A stretch of 64,000 nucleotides of DNA from Chrysomallon squamiferum (lineage: Eukaryota > Animalia > Mollusca): NCBI GenBank assembly GCA_012295275.1, contig CM022670.1, positions 23,622,001 to 23,686,000 on the forward strand, in the 5' to 3' direction. Both the position numbers and the translations under genes were made by a program. Each line of letters begins with the position of its first letter. The first letter of the stretch is position 1. The notes beneath the pieces were generated by a model. The model was not told the DNA's origin, did no database searches, and worked only from the letters and a program-made list of their open reading frames with translations. Shown here piece after piece: positions 39,701-51,042 of this stretch.

Positions 39701-41946
39701 TGGAGGGAAATCTAAAACGTCAGATAAACCTGATGATGTAGAAGTTCTGGAAATAACAAGGGATGAAAATTCTTTTTTTAACATTCCAGTCACCGACTGC
39801 CCTGCATCAAGTACATCCACAGTCAAAACACTTCCTTCAGCACTCAAAACCTTTATGACCAGCTCTTTCTCAAGTACTAATTCCATAAATTTGTTATTAA
39901 CAGCCTCAGCAGAAGTTCCAGCTGACATGCTTACTGCAAGTTTGCAGTGAACAGTCTGTATAGGAACTTCTAGGAAATGCTTTTCTATTTTACACACTGA
40001 AGAAGGAGCAATAATTTCTGTATTTCCATAGTCAATAAAATGAACAGTAATGTCATTTTTGTCAATCTTACTGATTACAGCTCTATACCATGCATTATCT
40101 GCACTGTATTTTGCTACACATGGTGTTCCAACTACTGGATTTGTTAATGGAACTCCATGGCCTAATGAGTAATGAGCTTCCAGGCCCTCCATCAGTTCAT
40201 CCAACTGTGCAGTATATTTTGACAGCTGGCTCCAGAAACTAACTACAGAGTCAGTATGTGAAATATAGCCTTTTTCCAAATGTTTAACTGGAATGCTCAC
40301 TGAATTGGGAAATCCTAATGGACTGACTAGGCAGGTTTCATCAGATATTTGTCTTCTGGCTTTAGCCAATGATACGAGATAAGATGCAACATCTTTATCA
40401 TTAACTTTCAGTTCCACAACATAAGAATTATTGCAAACTGAAATGAATTTGCAAACAGCACCATCTTTTGTAAAGTCCTCAATCAAATGTTTAGCTTCTC
40501 CTTGCCAACCTGAATTTTGTATCAAAGGGGCAACATCTTTTAAACTGCATTCAACAGCAAATACTGGTACTTGTAAATCATCGTCAGTCGGTTCTTTTAA
40601 ATCATTTGAAGATACATAGTCAGTATTACCAAAATCAACAAAGAAAACTTCATGTTTTCCCCCAGACGATTTCACAATATGTGCTCTGTACCATGCATTG
40701 TCTTCAGAAAATTTAGCCACCACTGGCATGCCTTGATGAACTGAAATCACTGGAGAACCTTTGGTGCTATAAAACCCTTCAATTTTTTCAACAAATTCAT
40801 CCAACTGTGCTTGTTTTTCTGATAACTGAACCCAGAACCTGTTAGGATGTTCAATAGAAGAAAGATAAACCTCACAAGTACTGGGCACTTTTATATCAGC
40901 CTTTGGATAACAACTGGAATGAGATGGTTTCAACACTGCCAACTTTTTTTTAATGAGACATTCACCAATATCAGATCCATTTGAATAGTTTCTCAACGTG
41001 ATCAGCATTACACCATCTTTAGTTTTTCCATGAAATGTTGCCATCATGGTCTTATCCAATGTCAGAGTTTCAAATTCATAACATGATTCCCTAGTCCATG
41101 ATCGTGAAAGTGGTTTTACATTGTATAGACTGCATTTAAAAGCAAAGGGTGGTTCTACCTTCAAGTATGGCAACAACTGCTTCAGTGAACCTTTTGGAAC
41201 AGTAGCAATATTTCCATAATCAATGAAAAATACCTTAGATTCTCCTTGCTGGACAGCAACAATTTTACCTCTATACCACATATCATCAGCTGGGTATTTT
41301 GCTACACAAAGCATCCCTATTGCTGGGTGATCAATATTTAATTCACCAGGCAACAGTCTGTTGTAGTCTATATTCAACTTATCTGTTAAAATTGTTGCTT
41401 GCCCAAGGTTACACCAAAATTCAGATGGAGTTGTTACATAGGTCACACTGACTACAGTCTGATCTTCTGGCAATTCTGGCTTCTCATTCATCTGACACAT
41501 TTCAGTGTTTTGATCTATGCTGTCGTTACTTTTTTTGTCTGTCAGTGTCACATGAAGATCAGCATCTCCCTGGCCAATTGTGACTTGTCTTTGATTGCTA
41601 TCACTTTCAAAAGCATTGGGGCAGATTGTGCTAGTTTTCAATCCAAATTCCTTGTTAATATTCAATCCTAAGGAATTTGTAAGTTCTACAAGAAACACTC
41701 CATCACCACGGCATGTTTGTATGAATGCTATAAACCTCTGATCAAGGGTGATATCTTCAAACTGTGCAATGTGTTCTGGTGTCCAGTAACCCTGCTGGGT
41801 GGTCACACCAGAAAGACAACATTTGAGGGCCATTACTGGCTGGTGCAGAAATTTATCTTTTATCAGTTTTATTCTGTCAGGTGTCACAATTTCTGCATTT
41901 CCATAATCTACAAACCTAACTTCAATCAATCCACTGGCCAGAACAC
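36712..41946 (-). CDS. Multi-Tudor protein (Tudor/TDRD6/TDRD15-like) giant exon, end of domain 1 plus domains 2-9
   Basis: 5235-nt open exon (ORF 36683-41929); repeated CxAxYxxDxxWYR...FxDYGN...P..A..C.L extended Tudor units; ttttcag acceptor and GTAAAA donor, phase 1/1. Confidence 0.96.
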
Positions 41947-42583
41947 CTGAAAATGAAAAAAAACCAATTAAATTTTTTAAATTTATAAACTATATATACT
42001 TTTTTAACTTCAGTAGACTTGTTGAGAGAAGATCTGACATATTGTTTGTACAAAAACAAGATTTTTTTTTTTACAAAAGTGTTTAAAAAGTAAAAGACAA
42101 ATGAATTAATTATCCAAATATGTTTTAAAATTGTCATGAAAAAAAAAAAAAATGTATTCATAATTTAATGACTGAATTCTGAGCTCACACTATTTTTCAT
42201 ACAGGAATGATGATATAATTTTTTTTAAATTGATATATTGTTTGAAAATAAAAATTCATTTAAAACCTTGGCATGCTTTTAATGAGCCTTTCTGTTTTTC
42301 CACCTCTTTTGGAATTCTCTTTGCATTGTGTAATGTTAGATTGTGGAGTGTTAAATATCAACAAGTGGCAGAGTTTCAAAACAATAAACTAAATAAATAA
42401 ATATCTGTTTACAAGCATCATTTTAAGGACATTTTTTTTGTGTAAATTAAATCTGGGGGTTTTTAATCCATATCTGAACATTCTTTGGGCTGACTCAACA
42501 ATCTGTCTAAATTAAATTTTAATATATCACTAATTTTTTTTTTTTTTTTTTCAAAACAAATCAGATAAAAAGCAATGATTTAC

Positions 42584-42885
42584 CTATTACTTCAGCCCGA
42601 TACCATCCTTCATCTTCAATGAATTGTGCAATACAAGCACTACCTAGCACACATTTAGGCAGTGTCTCATCAGAAGGTCCAAGTGATGAATAACACTTTC
42701 CAATGTCTTCCATCATAGCATCAAGTGCTGGTGCATTTTTGGCTAGGTGACAGTAGAAATGTTCAGGGTCTGTGATGTGACACACATAAACTTCTTCCAG
42801 TGTGTCAGGTGGAAGTGTGATGTGGGAAAAACATGATACAGTTCTCTGCTGCATCTGCACTGCTCGGCCAGAAATCCCTGGTTTT
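42584..42885 (-). CDS. Multi-Tudor protein exon (extended Tudor domain 1, N part)
   Basis: VYVCHITDPEHFYC...CIAQFIEDEGWYRAEV; 302 nt, phase 2 to 1; GTAAAT donor. Confidence 0.9.
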
Positions 42886-43631
42886 CTTTTCAAAATAAAT
42901 AATACATTATTAAGTTTAACTATGAAGTGCTTAATATTTTAAAGTCTAAACCATATCACAAAGGTAATTAGAATTTATACTTTTGAGTTTTAGAGGATTT
43001 GTCAGTTTTTGTAATAAATTGTAATGAGATTTTATTTTTAAAAAAATGCATTTATTTATTTATTGCTAACTCAGTTAAGTTATATTTTCATTAAATAATG
43101 CTTTAGTTTAACAATTATTTTTCTCTGTACTTTTTTCTAATTACTTCACAAAAAATATCTTTTTTCTTTTAAATGTTTCTTCCCTATCAATATCCAATTC
43201 ATTTTCAAAATTACAGTACTAGAATACAAAGCATTTCCTTGAAATGAGTCACTGTTTTTAAATAAAAGCTTAAGATTTACACTAAGAAAGATTATAGGTA
43301 AACACCAATATTTTAGAATAAAAGGACAAAATAAAAGTAACATGTTTAACAACTTCACTCAGCAAAACATATATAATACTAAATATTTAACTTATTGTCA
43401 TTTATCCTCTTTTTAATAACAAAGTATGCTTTAACAATAAAACAGTCATGTTCATTTTGAGTTATTATCATTATTTAAACAATTTTCTGTAATTTTTCTC
43501 AATTTCTGGGAGGACATTTTTCTTTTTTATATTTAAATTACTTATTACAATATTTGTTTTTAATTAGGTAAAAGGAAACCAATTATTTCATTTCCACTTA
43601 GTGTATATGAAAATGACAAAATCATATATAC

Positions 43632-43648
43632 CTGCTGTCAGCAAACAT
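43632..43648 (-). CDS. Multi-Tudor protein, first coding segment (MFADS-R); exon spans 43632-43686
   Basis: tttacag acceptor and CAG|GTATAT donor; all three frames have stops upstream of ATG 43648; phase 2 end matches the AAG acceptor at 42886-42888. Confidence 0.7.
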
Positions 43649-44749
43649 TGTTCAGAAATTTATGGCTTCATGTTTTTGATACATTTCTGTAAATAAATAA
43701 AAAATTTCAAATATACTTTTAATAACAAAAATGTGGTTTGCAGATAAAAGCTCACAAGATAAATGTTCTCAACATAACATTACTGGAGTCCATTCAGTTT
43801 AAGCAGTTCTCAGAAGTGAAAAAAAAACATATATATATATATAATTACTCAGAAACTATGAACATAATATGAACCAAGGGTGAAAACAAGCACTGTCTTG
43901 AAGAAAACCTTTAAACACTGTCTCTGACGGCAGTGCACACAAGAAAAATCAGTCAGATGCAAGGGAGACGTTACCACTGAGGATTCCACAACAATTCAGC
44001 AGCAGACAGGACCAGTTAGTCACAAAACTATAAACCACAATGAAGGCACAAACCAAACTGTCAAACATGTGACCAAACCAACTCCTAACTCAAGCACTTC
44101 TTAAAGCAACACATGATGTCCATGCAAAAAAGTCAGTAACATTAACATTTGAAACATCTCTCAAGAGTAAACATAAATTATATGAAATTAAAATGTAAAA
44201 AAAAATAAGTTAAAATTTAATTCAATTAGGACAAAAATGGATGACCTGTCGCTCTTTAACAAAACAAAAAAACACTGATAAATGCTAATTCATTATTGCT
44301 GAAACTCAACATTGACTTTTTTCTAAGTTGTAGGACTGAAACTGTTTAAAAATGCAAGTAGTGAGTTTATTATACGATACACAGACACAGTATTTGTCCA
44401 TATTCTGTAGTTTCAGGCATGTGGGTTGAGGTACTGATTACAGTGCCATCTAAAAATAGACACAGGCTGCAATTTGTATAAATGCTGTTCTGATATACTT
44501 ATTCTTACATAAAGCACAAAAATCATATTTATTTTAATAATATGAAAACCTATTGGATTCTATTGATGTCATATCACCTTCACTAACACCTATAATGTAT
44601 ATATATTAGTATGTATTAATAGTCTAAAAAGGCTATATTTAGTATCAATCAAATGAAAATAGATTAAAAGGATCAATGCTTTTTGTTAGTATTATGTCAA
44701 GTAAAGGCCTACTTAATGACTCATTTATATGTTCTATCTTCAGCCTGAT

Positions 44750-45850
44750 TAACGCGTTCCAACAAGTGCCAATAAAAGTCAAGGTGTTTTTGTTGTTGTT
44801 TTTTGTAATTTAGCAATAATTACTGATTTATTTATTAATTAATATAATAATTAATATAATTATTTTGTGCTGTTAGTTTTCGTTTGTTTGTTTGGTTGGT
44901 TGGTTTCTTTCTGATATTTTAGTCTAATGCGCAAATTTTGAAATAATACGGCACGATTATCATGATACGCCATAAATTTAAAACTGTCATAAAGATTTAA
45001 CTTTAAGGTGAATATTAATAACAATCATTTGAGCATTTATAAATCAGTAAATCTGCGGAATCTTTAATTTTAATGTCTATACTAATGAAAAACCCTAAGG
45101 CTTATGATAGAATTAAAAATACCACGTGTTAAAGAATTCCCGCGTTGAAATCGTAGAATGATAAATTAAACATATTTTGCCAAACTTTATTTTTCTTTCA
45201 TTTTAAAGTTCCATGAAAAGCTATTATGATTTAATTACATGGTACTGATTAATGAAATAAAACATTACACTGTTAAAACAGTATAAGTACAATAAATATG
45301 ATCAATTTTAGTTTTGTTTCTTACCTGACTGAAATATAAATAAATCAGAAATAATTTCAAAAAGGGGAGATAACACACCTACATATCTAATTAGTTCCCT
45401 TTAAATACAGCAACTTATTTTCAGTCGCATAAAAGATGTGTGCGTGTTTACAAATCCCAGTAATAACACATTTACTTTTCTCTTGCAAGCCGTATCTAGG
45501 TGTTATCATTAATATTTTTTAAATTGTTTTTAAAGTTGTTTACTTGTATTCATAATTATATATATATATTTTTAATTTTTTTTTTTAAATTCCGTGACCA
45601 TAAAATTCGGAAATTAAAAAAATAAAATAAAATGTATTAAATAATTCTTCCATTTCGACACATCAAGTATCTTACCCAACTGTAAACAAAATATCTGTTA
45701 TACATTGAAACAGGACAAAAATGTAAAAACTGCTTGTAAAATGACAGATATTTATTAACCTGCTGTAATAATGACCTGTCGTCCAATCTAGCATGTACCC
45801 GATGAATGTTATACCAAATCACCAAATGCGCTGCTGCATGCTCAATTAAG
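44750..45850 (-). promoter_or_regulatory. Probable promoter and non-coding first exon of the Tudor gene
   Basis: Local CpG cluster in CpG-poor surroundings; strong minus-strand donor CAG|GTAAGA at 45325/45324; CACGTG and TTCCCGCG at 45123-45144. Confidence 0.6.
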
Positions 45851-45946
45851 ATGTTAAATTGTTTTGATTGTAATAAAGCATAACTATGTTACCTTCTGTG
45901 TGAATGAAGGCTGGCATTTTTTAAATATTTAAAATTTTTATTTTTC

Positions 45947-45982
<36 letters not shown>

Positions 45983-46588
45983 TTATTATTTTTTATGTAA
46001 TGGCCAGTATCTTTGAAAATGGTTGAAACGGATATCTATCTTTCAATTTGTTTATAAAAATTTTATGAAAGTCTATAAAAAATTTTGATTTTTTTAACTG
46101 TTTATTATAAACTTTAAAGAAACATTACTAAATTCATTATCCTGTTTAGCAGTGGACATTGCACATCAAATGTTTCATTGCTGGCATAATACAGTGTTTA
46201 TTCAAAAGAAATAACAAATAAGAAAGTTTGTTTCTCTATTTTTAATATATAAAAACTAAATATGTATAAACATGTCAGATCTGAAGAAAAACATAATACA
46301 ATATTTTAGATGCAAATATAAATGCAATAAAAAAATACAAATAAAGAAAAAGGAACATTAGTAATCCAGTATTCAGCAATTAAATGTTTATTTATAAACC
46401 ATTTGACACAAACACATTAACCTATCCTTTTATAATTCTAGGTCACTCAACGTGATTATCAGAACATTTTGTATGACAAACATTTGAGTAATTCATTCAC
46501 AATAACCTTTAATTTTCTTTTCCCAGACTGAAATTAGCTTCAACATAAGAGTTTAAATTAGTGAAAATATCTAAAAACTTATGCTGTG

Positions 46589-46619
<31 letters not shown>

Positions 46620-47160
46620 TTACAAAGGAATAATGTTTCTGAACCTATAATTTATTTGAAATGAAATATAAATTATACAAACACAGCATCTGGCTAGTAA
46701 TTCATATTAATTTGAATAAAAGAAACCAGGATTAAAAATTGTGCAGTAGTTCAACATTTCTAAGATGAAATATTTACATATGTATGAATACAATATGTCT
46801 ATTAAATATAAAATGACATAAAAATGTTACTTTACAAACAGTAGTCTATCACAGTCATTATTTCTAGTTTTGACAATGTAAAAAACAAATATAACACAGA
46901 TTCAAAATGTAAAGGAAAATATCAGCTTTTATTTATCTATCTATCTATAGATATAAGGTCTTGTTTCATTTTTGCAGTCAAACCTCAGATTTATTCCCTA
47001 TTTATGGCATCAGTAATATAGCAGCTGGTCCATATGTGCTATCTTTCAAAAGGCACTAACACAATAACAAAAAATCCATCTGGAAAATTTAAATTATAAA
47101 AGTAGTTTTACTACAAATCTCAGTAGAAAATAGCACACAGTTACAACAGCTATCATTCTG

Positions 47161-47288
47161 TCATGTCTTTATATATAAATAATTGGATGGATCTTGCTCC
47201 GACAACACTGCAACTTTAACTTGTGATTTCTGTCTCTTGATATAATTTATTACTTCTCCAAAACCGATTTCTAATAATAAAGAACAAG
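47161..47288 (-). CDS. TMEM244: TMEM244-like last exon (ACSLLLEIGFGEVINYIKRQK...YLYIKT*)
   Basis: tttgcag acceptor, phase 1; TGA at 47161-47163; fourth hydrophobic segment with GE as in SYS1-like proteins; protein about 165-174 aa. Confidence 0.75.
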
Positions 47289-47793
47289 CTGCAAATAAAA
47301 ATTTTAAATTTTTTAAAAATTCTGTACTTTATCATCAAACAACAATAATAATACAAAGCAAACTTCAAACCCCATCCCAAAATATTAAAATATTCCTTCA
47401 TAAACCTAAACACCAGACGCCCTATTAATTTTATTAATTTATTAATTTAATATTAAAAATAATAAAGTATTTTTGCACTGGAATTACCAGTTATCAAACC
47501 AGAAAAATATTTTGTTATTAAACTAAAAATAAATATTGAAAGTCATATTGAAAACTTTGTATTTCTGTACATGAAATAGTGACATAAAGATAACATACTA
47601 ATAACAACATAAAACACATTTAAATTTACAAATTTGTGTTGTAGGATTACAGTCATGTACATAAAAAAATTCTTGTATTAAAGAAAGAAAACTATGACAA
47701 TAATACAGCTCAAACCATCAAAAAGATTATATTTCACTGGTTCCATCACATTTGACAAGTTCAAAAGTAAATGTAGGAATAATTTCTGCTTAC

Positions 47794-47838
47794 CTAAGCA
47801 AACCCACCAAGACCAGCTGAGGGGGAAATTCAACATAA
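47794..47838 (-). CDS. TMEM244: TMEM244-like exon 5 (VMLNFPLSWSWWVCL)
   Basis: tag acceptor and GTAAGC donor; matches the recalled human VMLEFPLTSHWW. Confidence 0.9.
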
Positions 47839-48113
47839 CTAGAATAAAAGAAAAAAACATAATGGCTTTTAATTTACAGAAATATACAACCCAAGTTATT
47901 GCTTCAGTGTATTTTTATAATAGACTTTATTTTTTAATTATTATTATTAAAAAAAAAACTGAAATTTTTTAGTTAAAAATGTTGGCAAATAGTTTTTGTT
48001 AACATACTAAACAATATAATTACATAAAATACTAAATTTATCACAGTATACTGCATACAAATGTGTTACAAAATATCTGGATTAAGGAAGGAAATGTCTT
48101 CAAAATAACCTAC

Positions 48114-48239
48114 CTAAACAACACAGACCAATATGAATTAAAGTGATAGTAACTGCATAATCCCAAATCCAATTTGGAACAATTAAACCATATATAAATC
48201 CACATATGGAGAAGCTGGTCAGCATAGATATAAGATTAA
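48114..48239 (-). CDS. TMEM244: TMEM244-like exon 4 (VNLISMLTSFSICG...WIWDYAVTITLIHIGLCCL)
   Basis: ttgcag acceptor and GTAGGT donor; WxWDYAxxxTxxH is the SYS1/TMEM244 family motif. Confidence 0.9.
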
Positions 48240-48699
48240 CTGCAAAAAGAAAACAGCAATAGCAATTTTAAATGTTTAAGAATATAGCGAGATGTGCAAG
48301 TTAAACTATAAATCAACATCTCTGACAAAAAAGAGATTAACTTCATTTCATATGTAATATTATTATATATACTAAGCCAAATAATTTGTTTATTATTACT
48401 TACTATCACATGACGTTACACCGTTTGGTGAATCTAGTACACAATTCTGTTTTCCAGGAATAATATAGACCTAAAAACATACCTTTTCATAAATGTACAG
48501 TTTCATTCTGAATTGCAGGTAATAAACTTTATTATTTATATTGTTTTATTTATCTACTAATTATTAATTTGAGAAATACGTGTTATGTGCAAAATGAGGC
48601 AATCTGTAAAATGCATGATTCACTCTGGAAATCTGAAAACTGCCTAAATATGTCAGGTAAACTGTAGGGTGGGGTTGTCAGGCTGGTTGGGAATAACAT

Positions 48700-49430
48700 C
48701 TGTGCCATTGAAACTAACAGATTTATGGAGGCAGCTGAATTGACGGAACTCAAGATTAAATTTAAAAATGTCTCAGCTTCACATTGTAAATTTTTATTGC
48801 CCAAATGACAATGAACTCTCCATTGATGATATCCAAACATTAGACAGTAATTTCCTCCTTGTTCAACAGCCAAGCCCAGAGCTGGGTTACAACAACACTG
48901 ATAGAAAAGGGAAAGAGTCAGAAAGCTGGAAGTATGAAAAAATATTAATCTCATTAATGACCTGCTTGATCAACCAACATTCCACTCCAGGCACTGGCAT
49001 TCCACAACCTCCACTGACTTTGCCTTCTGCACTGACGATGTCACAGAATTACCAGTCGAGAAGTAGGATCACAGCTAGGAGTAAGAGACCATCAACTGGT
49101 CCTTCTAACATTCAGTGATAACAACTTTTTAGGCATTGTACAAATGAGCTGAATGTGGGAAGATGCAAAGTCTAACTCAAAGCCAAAACAACAATCTAAA
49201 AGCTCTACCAATGCTAAAGCCACACATCTGAAAACCATGACTGAATCCAAACAAAAAAGCTGGACAGACAAAACTGCTGCACTCAACCTTGAAAATGAAA
49301 GCACCAAATTATGGGAACTTACAAAGCAACCAAATGGACAGACAATCACTCTAATGGAGAATGGAAATATACTCACATGTAAAAAAATCAGCTGACCTTT
49401 TAACAAAAACCTATGTCAAAAAATTACTTT
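48700..49430 (+). mobile_element. Decayed non-LTR retrotransposon (LINE) fragment: APE endonuclease and downstream ORF2 linker
   Basis: Fragmented frames HIVNFYCPND..DSNFLLV, GYNNTDRKGKE, TTTDFAFCTDD, a DHQLV remnant of the SDH motif, and KSWTDKTAALNLENESTKLWELTK; frameshifts and stops; antisense in TMEM244 intron 3. Confidence 0.8.
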
Positions 49431-49618
49431 GAAAAGTCAGGTAATATGTGGACTGACAGAAATTTCAGGCACTTTACAGACTGCCTGTAACACACACACA
49501 AACATGGGTAAGACATTAATGAACATGCAATTATAGTTTTCCTTATTAAAAGATGTGAACTAGAGAAACAATACATCTCTGATACTGACAAAAAAAAAAA
49601 ACAAGCTAGAAGATTTAC

Positions 49619-49710
49619 CAATTTGTTCATTTGTGTACCTAACACAACACAGAGTTAAATCAATCCAGGACTGAAAATCAAATGGTATCTTGCCATCAAA
49701 CACCTTTAAC
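49619..49710 (-). CDS. TMEM244: TMEM244-like exon 3 (KLKVFDGKIPFDFQSWIDLTLCCVRYTNEQI)
   Basis: ctgcag acceptor and G|GTAAAT donor, giving the phase 1 needed by the next exon; PFDF motif. Confidence 0.8.
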
Positions 49711-49954
49711 CTGCAGAAATAAATTGAAATTAAATTACCAAAAACTGAATAAATTAGAATATATTATATTACAAAAACTATTACATCTATTTTCACTGAT
49801 ACAATTATTAATTAACCTTGAATCATTACACATATTAAAAGATTTCATAAACTTCTCATGGAACAATTTTGTTTGTTTCTTTAAATCACTCATAAAATAA
49901 TATTTATATTACAATATTCAGTATATATTTATTGCAGAACATACATGTACTTAC

Positions 49955-50040
49955 TTAAATCCAGCAAAACATAAACTACCCACAACATAGTAGACACCAT
50001 AAAACACAGCTAGACACTTTAAAAGATTAAGTAAAATATC
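49955..50040 (-). CDS. TMEM244: TMEM244-like exon 2 (DILLNLLKCLAVFYGVYYVVGSLCFAGF)
   Basis: ttgcag acceptor and GTAAGT donor; resembles the recalled TMEM244 motif LLCxxxFYxVYYV. Confidence 0.85.
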
Positions 50041-50655
50041 CTGCAAAGAAAAAAAAGTTTACTGTGGTGGATTATTTGTGTAATAAGCAACTGTCAGAAG
50101 ATCAGTCCTTTTGGAATGAAACATTTTTCATTTCGTTATGTAGGCTTATATTTTTGGTTCCTATGAGTTTATAATATTGGATCAGATACATGCCAGTTTT
50201 TAAATGCTATATGGTTGTTGTTGTTTTTTTTTGGTAATCCAAACAATTAATTATTATTATTCAATCTGAGTATTAAAAACTTATTTTATTTTATTTTATT
50301 TTATTGTTGTTGTAATAAGGTTTTTAGATGTTTCTCCTTTTTTTTTGATATGATTATTGCCCCCAATCCGTTTGTGACAAAGAACAAATATTTTCATCTG
50401 TGTAAAGAAATACATGTTTTACATTTTATGTTAAAGTTGGATAACTGTCAACAGCGTTAATGAATACGCAGGGAAGAAATTTTCGCCCTGCTTGTATTAC
50501 AAGCTGCCGTTATAATCCTATTATTATCAAGACCAAGACGACAGAATAAACAGAAGTGCACAAAATGTTATTGCAACAAATGCTTATCTATCTCAACTAG
50601 AATATCAATTTTATAATTAGAAACGTAAAACAACATTCAAAATATTTATCCTTAC

Positions 50656-50703
50656 TTTTGTTGCCATACGACCCATTACTACGAAATGAACACCATATAA
50701 CAT
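50656..50703 (-). CDS. TMEM244: TMEM244-like protein exon 1 (MLYGVHFVVMGRMATK; alternative in-frame ATG at 50676)
   Basis: AAA|GTAAGG donor, phase 0; lies in CpG cluster 50380-50780; the start codon choice is uncertain. Confidence 0.65.
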
Positions 50704-51006
50704 TTTCGGTGTTTTGTAAATTTTGTCCCATTTTATAATGATGCACAAATCATTATTTTGTATTACGCTTATTACTGTCTCAGGGATATTCTGTAATAAT
50801 AAGCAATTTTATTTAACGTTTTTTAATTTTGCTTTTGAACTAGCTAGTATTTGTATAATGTTACCAATAAAATGTAATGGTGTAACTGTAAATGCATTTT
50901 GTTTATTTCCCAATGATTCTTTTATTTGTTAACAGAAATTCAGATTAGTGCAAATGTATGCAGCTCAGACTTTTCATTTCTTTTTGTTGTGCGTTTTTAT
51001 GTTTAT

Positions 51007-51042
<36 letters not shown>

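Noticed and set aside
37251-41950. Plus-strand ORFs of 60-123 aa antisense to the Tudor giant exon
   Set aside because: Typical antisense shadows of a long coding exon with no independent features.
47216-47413. 65-aa ORF as the TMEM244 last exon
   Set aside because: The acceptor at 47288 has a better pyrimidine tract and gives a family-like LLLEIGFGE segment in a different frame.
49637-49640. Apparent second frameshift in TMEM244 if donor AG|GTACAC is used
   Set aside because: The downstream donor G|GTAAAT at 49619 restores the needed phase, so no frameshift is required.
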